Shown piece after piece: positions 47,820 to 55,927 of a stretch of 64,000 bases of DNA (the first letter of the stretch is position 1; every line of letters begins with the position of its first letter). Source of the DNA: Candidatus Micrarchaeia archaeon (lineage in GTDB: Archaea > Micrarchaeota > Micrarchaeia > Burarchaeales > Fermentimicrarchaeaceae); contig JAVZHX010000003.1 in NCBI GenBank assembly GCA_038871515.1, positions 1-64,000 of the forward strand, read 5' to 3'. The notes below the pieces were generated by a model. The model saw only the letters and a program-made list of their open reading frames with translations, searched no databases and was not told where the DNA came from. Made by a program: the position numbers and the translations under genes.

Positions 47820-47883
47820 AACATCAGAACTCAAGATCTTCTTCATAAGCCAAGGGCTTCAGCTCCGAGTCTCATCATCTGTT
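47820..47883 (-). ncRNA. Box C/D methylation guide sRNA
   Basis: Terminal stem AACA/TGTT, box C ATGATGA 47878-72, guide GACTCGGAG, D' CTGA, hairpin AGCC-CTT-GGCT, C' ATGAAGA, guide AGATCTTGAGTT, D CTGA 47827-24. Confidence 0.85.
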
Positions 47884-47903
47884 AGAGTTTTAAAAAAAGA
47901 GAT

Positions 47904-48248
47904 TTATAGCTTTTCCCCGCAACTGAAGCAGTATGCTGCATCAGAGGGGTTCTTTGCCTTGCATTTTGGGCAGACAAGCATTAGGAGCTTTCCCTTTCCT
48001 CTTTCCTCAACTGCCTCGCTTTTCCCTCTTTCAAGCTCCCTTCCAATTACACGGAGGAATGCTTTGAAGCTCTCGTAAGCGAAGAATAATGCACCTACAA
48101 CGACAAGTGGAATTAGAAGGACGTAGATTGTTAAGCCCTGTTGGTTGTAAACCAACACAGCTGTAACTAGTGCTGCTATGAGCATTATTGAGAAGCCAAA
48201 GAAGTTTTCGCTTTGAGTAATTGCCTCAACTCCAGAGGACTTCTTCAT
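47904..48248 (-). CDS. Membrane protein with C-terminal zinc ribbon
   Basis: Two TM helices; CPKCKAKNPSDAAYCFSCG. Confidence 0.8.
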   Translation of the reverse strand: MKKSSGVEAITQSENFFGFSIMLIAALVTAVLVYNQQGLTIYVLLIPLVVVGALFFAYESFKAFLRVIGRELERGKSEAVEERGKGKLLMLVCPKCKAKNPSDAAYCFSCGEKL

Positions 48249-48357
48249 ATTTTCTGATTAGTTTGATGGGATATATTAAGTTAATTGTTTAAGAGGGAGA
48301 AGCTTAAAAAGCAAGTTTTTTATATTAACAGAGGCATATGTTATTTGAAGTGAGAGC

Positions 48358-48381
48358 ATGGAGAAGGATTTGCTTCATTGA
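48358..48381 (+). promoter_or_regulatory. Leader ORF of hisS, MEKDLLH* (TTG-CTT-CAT)
   Basis: ATG GAG AAG GAT TTG CTT CAT TGA downstream of a TATA element at about 48316-26; the +1 frame ends at TAG 48431-33 overlapping the hisS ATG 48426. Confidence 0.65.
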
Positions 48382-48425
48382 CTTCTTCTCAGTTTGTCTA
48401 GCTGTGCTCTCAAGAGGTGTTGTTG

Positions 48426-49715
48426 ATGGCTAGCCTTGATGTTTCAACTCCAAAGGGAATGAGGGATATAGAACCAGAGGAAATGAAAGAGAGGGAGAGA
48501 ATTTTTGAAACAATAAAAGGAGTTTTCAGAGTTTATGGGTTTGTGCCACTTGAAACGCCTGCGCTTGAGAATTGGGAGGTTCTTTCAGCAAAGGGAGCGG
48601 GTGGTGAGGAAATTTTGAATGAAACGTATAACTTTGAGGATAAAGGTGGGAGGAGGGTTGGTTTAAGGTATGATTTAACTGTTCCACTTGCAAGGTTTGT
48701 TGCCAACAACCCAAACATCCCACTCCCATTCAAAAGGTATCAGATTGGAAGAGTTTGGAGGTATGGGGATGTTGCAAAGGGAAGGTTGAGGGAGTTCTGG
48801 CAGGCGGATAGTGATATTGTTGGTTCTGAAAGCATGCTTGCAGATGCAGAAGTTATAGCGTGCGCGGTTGATGTTTTCAAATCGCTTGGGTTTGAGAAGT
48901 TTGCTGTAAGAGTGAATAACAGAAAAATTCTTTCAGCAATGGTTCAGTTTGCAGGAGTTGAGAAAGAAAGAGTTTGGGATGTGTTAAGGGTGATTGACAA
49001 GCTTGAGAAGGTGGGGGAGAGGAAGGTTGCTGAGGAGCTTTCCCAGAGAGGGGTGAACAGGGAAGCTTGCAAAAAGCTGATGGAGCTGCTTATGCTAAAA
49101 GGTGACTCTGAGCAGCTTCTTGAGAAAGCAGATGGCTTGATTGGTGTTTTGAAGGAGGGGAAGGATGGGGTGAGGGAGTTGAGGGAGCTTCTTTCCTATT
49201 TGAAAAGTATGGGGTGCAGTGAGTGGGTGAGGGTGGATTTCAGCCTTGCAAGGGGTTTGGAGTATTACACGGGTCCAATTTTTGAGGTTTCTCTGTCAAA
49301 GGAAATTGGAAGCGTTGCAGGGGGAGGTAGATATGACAGGATGATTGGGCTGTTTCTTGGAAGGGAGATGCCTGCGACTGGAATAAGCTTTGGAATTGAT
49401 AGGATTGCTGAGGTGATTCAACCAAAGAAAAGTGAGGAGAGAAGCGTTTTTGTTGCGTATACTGAGGGTTGCTTAAAGCAGGCAGTTGAATTTGCAGCTG
49501 AGCTGAGAAGGAGTGGAATACCTGCTGTTGTTGATTTGAGAGGAAGGTCTTTGGCAAAGCAGCTGAGCTATGCGAATTCAATAAAAGTCAGCTATGCGGT
49601 GATTGTGGGGAGGGAGGAGCTGAAGCAAGGGAAGGTTAAACTCAGAGATTTTAAAAGTGGGGAGGAGAGAGTGGTGTCAAGAGAGGAGTGCATAGGTTTA
49701 ATTACTAGTAAGTGA
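48426..49715 (+). CDS. hisS: Histidine--tRNA ligase
   Basis: PKGMRD, LRYDLTVPLAR, GRLREFWQ, ARGLEYYTG, GGGRYD; start ATG 48426 or GTG 48417. Confidence 0.96.
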   Translation: MASLDVSTPKGMRDIEPEEMKERERIFETIKGVFRVYGFVPLETPALENWEVLSAKGAGGEEILNETYNFEDKGGRRVGLRYDLTVPLARFVANNPNIPLPFKRYQIGRVWRYGDVAKGRLREFWQADSDIVGSESMLADAEVIACAVDVFKSLGFEKFAVRVNNRKILSAMVQFAGVEKERVWDVLRVIDKLEKVGERKVAEELSQRGVNREACKKLMELLMLKGDSEQLLEKADGLIGVLKEGKDGVRELRELLSYLKSMGCSEWVRVDFSLARGLEYYTGPIFEVSLSKEIGSVAGGGRYDRMIGLFLGREMPATGISFGIDRIAEVIQPKKSEERSVFVAYTEGCLKQAVEFAAELRRSGIPAVVDLRGRSLAKQLSYANSIKVSYAVIVGREELKQGKVKLRDFKSGEERVVSREECIGLITSK

Positions 49716-49741
49716 TTATATTTCATGTTGGAGGGGATGGG

Positions 49742-49897
49742 ATGGCGATGGATTGGACGAGCATGAAGGCATGCCTTGTCTGCTTTGCCCAGGATGGAAT
49801 ATCGGTGAGGCTGGAGCTTCAGAATGATGTTTACGTATGCCCAAGAAACCCAGAGCACAGGTTTGTTATGAAGGAGGGGAAGCTGGAGAGGTTGTAG
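49742..49897 (+). CDS. Small putative zinc-binding protein
   Basis: CLVC...CPRNPEH; abuts the next gene. Confidence 0.55.
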   Translation: MAMDWTSMKACLVCFAQDGISVRLELQNDVYVCPRNPEHRFVMKEGKLERL

Positions 49898-50395
49898 ATG
49901 AAAACAGTTGAAGAGGTAAATGATGAAGTGATAAAGAATGGGGGTTTGCTGGTGCTTATGTATTTTGACATGCACGGCAACTCTCCAGATGTGATTCAAA
50001 ACTCCCTAGTTGACATGATAGGAAGGTTAACCCAGGAGCCTGGCGTGGTTTATGCAACAGGGGAGATTGAGGAGCCAATTCAGTATGAGGAGCTGTATTC
50101 AACCTCTGCGGAGGTGAAGCTGCTTGCAAGGGATTTGAACTCTCTTGTGAATGTTTGTTTCAGGTATGGGCCGATTGGGATAGAGGTATTGCAACCTGAG
50201 GAGATGAAGCTTGGGCTGCCCCAGCTTCACGAGTTGCTTCTTAATGTCTCTCAAACTTCACAGGAGTATACAAAGTTTGTTTATGAGAAGCTTATGACGC
50301 CTGAGGAGAGGGAGAAGTTCAACAGGCAGCTGCTGAACAGGGCTGAGCTTGCGAAAAAGCTTGTTGAGAGAGGAAAGTCAGTAACTGGGAAGTGA
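49898..50395 (+). CDS. Hypothetical protein
   Basis: 165-aa ORF in operon context; YGPIGIEVLQP motif; no function recognised. Confidence 0.7.
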   Translation: MKTVEEVNDEVIKNGGLLVLMYFDMHGNSPDVIQNSLVDMIGRLTQEPGVVYATGEIEEPIQYEELYSTSAEVKLLARDLNSLVNVCFRYGPIGIEVLQPEEMKLGLPQLHELLLNVSQTSQEYTKFVYEKLMTPEEREKFNRQLLNRAELAKKLVERGKSVTGK

Positions 50396-50411
50396 GTTTA
50401 AATATTACAAA

Positions 50412-51569
50412 ATGCTTATTTTATACATGGTTGTTGCTGAGAAAGAGGGTGGCGGAGAGCTGAAGCCTGGAATATCTGATGGGGCGAGAAAGGGAGCTGA
50501 AAAGAAAACCGAGATTGTTTTCTTTCTTGGAACCCACACTCCCGAGTATGCGCATAGGCTTCGAAGTATGACAGAGAGAAGGATGCCGGATTGTATTGTT
50601 CTTGAAGAGCCAAAGGATGAGGAATTCCAGAGAATGCTGAACTCATTAAAGGGGAAGAATGAGAAGGAGAGGAGCGAAATTATAGATGATTATGTGAGGA
50701 AAAGAGGGTATTTGCACCAGGATTGTGAAAGGGAGATTCTGAAGGTTGTTGCTGATTTGAATGAAAAAGGAGTTAAGATAAAGCAGATGGATGTTGTGCA
50801 TGACTTAAGCTTTGCTACGCGAGGTGCTATGGTTCTGCCGCCGTTTCTTGCAATGGAGACAAGAGTGATTAAAAAAATGGGCGACGGTGATTTTGATAAG
50901 GCAGTTAACTCTGTTTTGAATGCTGCTGGAGTGATGGTGGTTGGGCTGGATGAGAGGAATAGAATAAGGGCGAATTTGCTAGTTACCGGAATAGAAAAAG
51001 GTGAGCTGGGAGGGTATGTGATAGTTGAAGCTGGAAAACAGCATGTGCTTCTGAAGAGAAGGGTGATGGAGAAGCTGAGAGGGGAGGGGGCTGTCATAAA
51101 AACAGAATATGAACATGGCGAAACAGCAAGGGAGGTTTTTGGAAGGTGGGCGCAGGAGGTTCGTTCTCCTTTTGAGGAGCTTGTGAACTTATATGAAAAT
51201 GGAGTTTATGGACCAATTAATGAAAAGTGGAAGAAGAAGTGGGGGGATAGGTGGAGAAGGGATGGGTATGATAGTGATACGATAGATGAAAGAGGGAGAG
51301 TTGGTAGATTAAAAGATGCGGTGAAAGGGTGGGTTGAGGGGAATTATGGAGATGAGAGGGAGAGGTTGCTTGGAGCGCGCACTGTGCTTATGTTTCGGGT
51401 TGTTGAGGATCCTTTTGATGTGAATGAGAAGTGGATGGGAGCTGTGAGAATGGTGAATAGACTTAATTATACGGAGTGCAAAAAGGTTTTTGAGGAGATG
51501 AATGCGAAGGAGATGGATGAGGAGGCTGCATTCAAGTTTCTTGAGAGTTATGTGAAAAACAGAAAATGA
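50412..51569 (+). CDS. Hypothetical protein
   Basis: 385-aa ORF; GTH, LEEP, VEAGKQH motifs; no firm family. Confidence 0.65.
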   Translation: MLILYMVVAEKEGGGELKPGISDGARKGAEKKTEIVFFLGTHTPEYAHRLRSMTERRMPDCIVLEEPKDEEFQRMLNSLKGKNEKERSEIIDDYVRKRGYLHQDCEREILKVVADLNEKGVKIKQMDVVHDLSFATRGAMVLPPFLAMETRVIKKMGDGDFDKAVNSVLNAAGVMVVGLDERNRIRANLLVTGIEKGELGGYVIVEAGKQHVLLKRRVMEKLRGEGAVIKTEYEHGETAREVFGRWAQEVRSPFEELVNLYENGVYGPINEKWKKKWGDRWRRDGYDSDTIDERGRVGRLKDAVKGWVEGNYGDERERLLGARTVLMFRVVEDPFDVNEKWMGAVRMVNRLNYTECKKVFEEMNAKEMDEEAAFKFLESYVKNRK

Positions 51570-51602
51570 AAATTATTTATAGCTGCTTCTCCCAATTGAT
51601 TA

Positions 51603-52130
51603 ATGGAGGGTGAGAGGATGGCTGATAAGAAGAGGAGGAGAAGCTTCTTTGATTTTTTTGGGGATTGGGATATTTTTGATATAGAGGAGGAGATGAAGAG
51701 GTTTATGGAGGAGTTTAATATTGATGAGCTGAAAAGTGGTGAGCCGATTGTTTATGGTTTCAATATAAGGGTTGGGCCAGATGGAAAGCCAGTTATACAG
51801 CAGTTTGGTAACGTTAAGCCAACCATTAAGGGACCGATGGTTACAGATAAAAGGGAGCCGCTTGTTGATGTGATTGAGAGAGAGGATACTATAACAGTTA
51901 TAGTGGAGCTTCCTGGGGTGGATAAGAATAAAATAAAGTTGAATGCAACTGACAGGGTGCTCACAATATCTGCGCCAGGAGAGGAAACGGATTTCTATAA
52001 GGAGGTTAAACTTCCTGCAGCTGTGAACTCAAAGAATGCAAAAGCAACGTATAAGAATGGGGTGCTGGAAGTCTGTTTGGAGAAGAAGGAGAAGAGCAAG
52101 CCGAAGGCAGAGAGCATACCAATAGAGTAG
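51603..52130 (+). CDS. hsp20: Small heat-shock protein (archaeal Hsp20)
   Basis: PIVYGFNIRVGPDGKP, REPLVDV, ELPGV, ATYKNGVLEV. Confidence 0.93.
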   Translation: MEGERMADKKRRRSFFDFFGDWDIFDIEEEMKRFMEEFNIDELKSGEPIVYGFNIRVGPDGKPVIQQFGNVKPTIKGPMVTDKREPLVDVIEREDTITVIVELPGVDKNKIKLNATDRVLTISAPGEETDFYKEVKLPAAVNSKNAKATYKNGVLEVCLEKKEKSKPKAESIPIE

Positions 52131-52201
52131 TTAATTTCACTGGAAAGTTACCCCCCTTCCGCCTATTTAAATACCCCTCAAAACTACTCCTAAACGTAGA
52201 G

Positions 52202-52384
52202 GTGGTTGAGGTGAGGATGGATATAAGCAAGCTGAAGGATGAGGAGATTGATGAGCTGCTCTCATTTCTTGACAGAAGAAATATTCAGTCATTCATAAGG
52301 AAAAGTGGGGAGAGAATGGAGCTGGTGTGCAGCTCAACTCCCATAAAGCGAAGGGTGGAGCTTGGGATTGAGAGCATAGCTTGA
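52202..52384 (+). CDS. Small hypothetical protein
   Basis: 60-aa ORF with GAGGTG-type RBS and upstream TTTAAATA. Confidence 0.5.
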   Translation: MVEVRMDISKLKDEEIDELLSFLDRRNIQSFIRKSGERMELVCSSTPIKRRVELGIESIA

Positions 52385-52435
52385 TGAATTCCAGAAAGGT
52401 ATATTAATATTCCAAAAGTTAATCTATCGGTTGAA

Positions 52436-53128
52436 ATGGAGTGCGCTTATCATCCGGAAAAAGAAGCTGTTTCTGAGTGCTCAGTATGCGGAAAGCCACT
52501 TTGCAAGGAGTGCGGAAGCATATGCGAGGAGTGTTTAGCAAGAAAGGAACTTGCGGAAAGTGGAAAGGTTAAATTAATGAATTGGGAGGGGTGGTTTGGT
52601 TCATTCCTAACTCCTACAAAAACTTTTAGAGTGAATAGAATGAACTCCTCATTTGCAGGGGTTTGCATGAACCTTCTTGCTGGTTTGGTAAATGCAGGTG
52701 TGATTGCTTCCTTACTTTTTATTGCAGTTGGAGCGCGAGATGCGATAGTTATTTTCAGCTACACAACCCCATTCCTTGAGTTTCTGGGAGCGTGGTTGTT
52801 CATAGCGTTAATTTCCTATCCTTTTGCGATGATTGCTGGTGGGATGGGCAGTTTAAAACAGCACCTTTACATCCTCTCCCTTCCAGTTCCATTCTCGCCA
52901 GTTATTCTAGGTTGTTTGTGGTTGCTTTTGAACTTTCTTTTCTCAATTCATCTATCTGTTGGGTTGTTTGGCGCTATTATTGCAACAGCATATCTGATAC
53001 GTATTCAAACAAGCGGGGTGAGGGAGGCGCACAAGCTTGGTGGTATGCAGGCAATGATAGCCGGCACTGTCCCAATTGTTGTGTGTGGAATAATAGCTGT
53101 TTTAATATCTGCTGTTTTAAGAAAATAG
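52436..53128 (+). CDS. B-box-like zinc finger plus Yip1-like membrane protein
   Basis: CAYHP...CSVCGKPLCKEC...CEEC, then about 5 TM helices. Confidence 0.75.
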   Translation: MECAYHPEKEAVSECSVCGKPLCKECGSICEECLARKELAESGKVKLMNWEGWFGSFLTPTKTFRVNRMNSSFAGVCMNLLAGLVNAGVIASLLFIAVGARDAIVIFSYTTPFLEFLGAWLFIALISYPFAMIAGGMGSLKQHLYILSLPVPFSPVILGCLWLLLNFLFSIHLSVGLFGAIIATAYLIRIQTSGVREAHKLGGMQAMIAGTVPIVVCGIIAVLISAVLRK

Positions 53129-53137
53129 GGGGTTGAG

Positions 53138-54256
53138 ATGGAGAAGAAGTTTGTTGTGAGCCCGTGGGAAGTGAAAGGGGAAGTTGATTACGATAAGCTG
53201 ATGAAGGAGTTTGGGGTGCAGCCACTTTCAGCAGAGTTGATGAGGAAAATTGAGAAGAAAGCTGGGGAGATGCACCTTTATCTTAGAAGGGGTTTGTTCT
53301 TCTCCCACAGGGATTTTGATGTGATAATGAATGAATACGAGAAAGGGAAGGAGTTTGTGCTTTACACTGGGAGAGGCCCTTCAGGCAAAACCCACCTCGG
53401 GCATTTGATTCCCTGGATTTTCACCTCTCACCTCCAGAGAGCATTCGGCTCCAAGTTGTATTTTCAGATGACGGATGATGAAAAGTTCCTCATGAGAGAC
53501 GTTGAATTGGAGGAAGCAGTTGGCTACAGCTATGACAATGCGCTTGATGTTATTGCGTGCGGTATGGATTCAAAAAACACTGTTATATTTTCCGATGTGG
53601 AGTATATGAAAACAATCTACAGAATTGCCCTGCAGGTTGCGAAGAGAGTTACTTTCTCAACAGCAAAAGCGGTTTTTGGTTTCACAAACAGCTCCAACAT
53701 TGGAATCATCTTCTTCCCGGCAGTGCAGGCAGCACCTGCGTTTATGGCGCAGATGCTTGAAAAGAGAAATGTGAATTGCTTAATTCCATGCGCGATAGAC
53801 CAAGACCCATACTGGAGAATAGCGAGGGATGTTGCTCCGTCTCTTGGGATGCCGAAGCCAGCTGGGATATACAGCAAGTTCCTCCCTGGTTTGCAGGGGG
53901 TTGGAGGCAAAATGTCTGCTTCGGAGGAGCAAACTGCTGTTTACACAACTGATTCAAAAGAAGTTGCTAGAAAGAAGATAATGAATGCATTCACAGGTGG
54001 CAGAGCAACTGTGGAGGAGCAGAGGAAGAAAGGAGGCAACCCAGATGTTTGTGTGGTGCACCAGTGGTTGTTTTACATGTTTGAGGAGAATGATGAGAAA
54101 ATAAAAAGAATGAGAAGCGAGTGCAAAGCAGGCAGAATACTGTGCGGTGAGTGCAAGGAGTATCTGGTAAATAAAGTAGTTAGATTTCTGGAGGAACATC
54201 AAAAAAGAAGGGAGAAAGCAAAAAAAGAAATTGAGAGATTTGTTGTGAGGGATTAA
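53138..54256 (+). CDS. trpS: Tryptophan--tRNA ligase (archaeal/eukaryotic type)
   Basis: YTGRGPS, HLGH, IPCAIDQDPYWR, KMSAS, CGECK. Confidence 0.96.
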   Translation: MEKKFVVSPWEVKGEVDYDKLMKEFGVQPLSAELMRKIEKKAGEMHLYLRRGLFFSHRDFDVIMNEYEKGKEFVLYTGRGPSGKTHLGHLIPWIFTSHLQRAFGSKLYFQMTDDEKFLMRDVELEEAVGYSYDNALDVIACGMDSKNTVIFSDVEYMKTIYRIALQVAKRVTFSTAKAVFGFTNSSNIGIIFFPAVQAAPAFMAQMLEKRNVNCLIPCAIDQDPYWRIARDVAPSLGMPKPAGIYSKFLPGLQGVGGKMSASEEQTAVYTTDSKEVARKKIMNAFTGGRATVEEQRKKGGNPDVCVVHQWLFYMFEENDEKIKRMRSECKAGRILCGECKEYLVNKVVRFLEEHQKRREKAKKEIERFVVRD

Positions 54257-54898
54257 TTACTTCTCTTCCTCAGCTGATGCTTCTAAATCCATCTTTATTC
54301 CGTCAAGCGCTAGCGTAATCTGGTCCTTTGCAACGTCAAACAGCCCAACTGGGTTGAGGGGGAAGAAAACGTAAACTCCTCTGTTCTTGTTCTCGCCTAC
54401 AAAAACCCATCTGCCAACTTTGTATGACTCAATTGGCATGCTTGCGTTCACAACAAACATGCTTCTCCTAGCAAGCTCATCTATCAATCCATCAAAAGAT
54501 GGATCGTAATTGTCAATGAAAAGCACTTCATCCTCATCCTCCTTCCTCACGAAGAAGAGGGGAGTGACGTATGGTTTTTTCTGGCTGTTTGCTTTATCCT
54601 TCACAACCATCTCAAGCTTTTCAGCAAGCCTTGTTGCTTTCAATGCATCTTCCTTGTATTTGCTCAGCTGCTCCGCAGCTTCAGCTTTCTTAGTTTCAAA
54701 GTATTCCTCAATATCTTTTTTAAGCTTGTCAATCTCCTTTCCAACGTCAGGTATGTCCGAGTAGTCATCTGGGTTTTCAAGCAAATCCCTCAGAGTGAAT
54801 GGGTATTTACCTGCTATTGTGTTGTCAATGTCGTCAATTATCATATCAAGCTGCTGGGAGACAGTCATCATTCCAGGAGGTGCAGTTCCATTTGGCAT
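54257..54898 (-). CDS. Hypothetical protein
   Basis: Acidic coiled-coil-rich ORF filling the gap; no family recognised. Confidence 0.7.
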   Translation of the reverse strand: MPNGTAPPGMMTVSQQLDMIIDDIDNTIAGKYPFTLRDLLENPDDYSDIPDVGKEIDKLKKDIEEYFETKKAEAAEQLSKYKEDALKATRLAEKLEMVVKDKANSQKKPYVTPLFFVRKEDEDEVLFIDNYDPSFDGLIDELARRSMFVVNASMPIESYKVGRWVFVGENKNRGVYVFFPLNPVGLFDVAKDQITLALDGIKMDLEASAEEEK

Positions 54899-54995
54899 TT
54901 TTATCACCTTGTATAACGTTGATTAATAAGTGGTATTTATTACTTTCATTTTTAAAGGTATATTATTTAAATAATAACGTCTAATAGTTATTGGG

Positions 54996-55400
54996 GTGGC
55001 GATGAAAGTGCTGAAAATTGTTGAGAAGGACAGAGTGGGGCTAATGGCAGACATAGCGCTGGCGTTAAGTGAAGTTGGAATAAATATAGAAAATATAAGT
55101 GCAACAGGAGTTCAGGGAAAAGCGGTGATTGTTTTTGAGGTGAGGGAGGAGGAGGAAGATAAGGCAGTTGATGTTCTGACAAAGAAGGGTTACAAGGTTC
55201 TTTCTGAGGAGATGATACTGATAAAGTTAAGAGATAAACCAGGAGAGCTGGCTAGAATATCAAAAATGCTGAAGGATAGGAAGGTGAACTTCACAAACCT
55301 TCAGGTAATGAGCAGGGATGGGAAGGAGACGCTTGTTGGTTTAACAGTTGAACAGCCAGAGGAAGCAAAAAGGGTTCTGAGGGAGTTTATTGTTAAATAA
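54996..55400 (+). CDS. Tandem ACT-domain protein
   Basis: DRVGLMADIA...GINI and DKPGELARIS...VNF. Confidence 0.88.
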   Translation: MAMKVLKIVEKDRVGLMADIALALSEVGINIENISATGVQGKAVIVFEVREEEEDKAVDVLTKKGYKVLSEEMILIKLRDKPGELARISKMLKDRKVNFTNLQVMSRDGKETLVGLTVEQPEEAKRVLREFIVK

Positions 55401-55401
55401 A

Positions 55402-55878
55402 TTAGGTTTTTCCTGCTTTTCCTTTTCCCTTCATGCAATACCAGAGGAACTGCAGTGTTTCGCGTATTTTGTTTGAATCAACGTCAACAATTCTCATGGA
55501 AGCTCCACCGGTGCCTCTCAGGTATATATCTGCGATACCAAGGAAACGGCTTATTATTGACCTTTCAACTTTCACCTCGCTTATCTTCTCAATTGGAAGG
55601 GAGGTTTCTGTTGGTGCGATCAAACCCTCAATTCTGTCAACATCCTCTGCACCTATTCTGTAAACCAGTGAAACTCTTTTGTATATGATGGATAAGCCAA
55701 TAAGAAGAAGGACGACGAAGATTGCTCCTCCAGCAAGCAGAACAAGGTATTTTTCCTCAAGATAAGTGAAGAAAACTGCAGTGATGGCAATATCTAAAAT
55801 CATTAAAATTATCAAAAGAATGATGCGTGAGCTTATTTTTGGTCTTATGATCAGCTCCTCTGGCTCAGCCACTTGCAC
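55402..55878 (-). CDS. Membrane protein with bacterial PH (bPH_2) domain
   Basis: Two TM helices; KISEVKVERSIISRFLGIADI. Confidence 0.75.
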   Translation of the reverse strand: MQVAEPEELIIRPKISSRIILLIILMILDIAITAVFFTYLEEKYLVLLAGGAIFVVLLLIGLSIIYKRVSLVYRIGAEDVDRIEGLIAPTETSLPIEKISEVKVERSIISRFLGIADIYLRGTGGASMRIVDVDSNKIRETLQFLWYCMKGKGKAGKT

Positions 55879-55927
55879 CCCAGAGAGATTATAGAAGGCA
55901 GGGTATATTAATTTTATCGTTATTTGT

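Noticed and set aside
54961..54976. 16-bp palindrome TATTATTTAAATAATA in a divergent promoter region
   Set aside because: Pure A/T; explainable by overlapping TATA elements.
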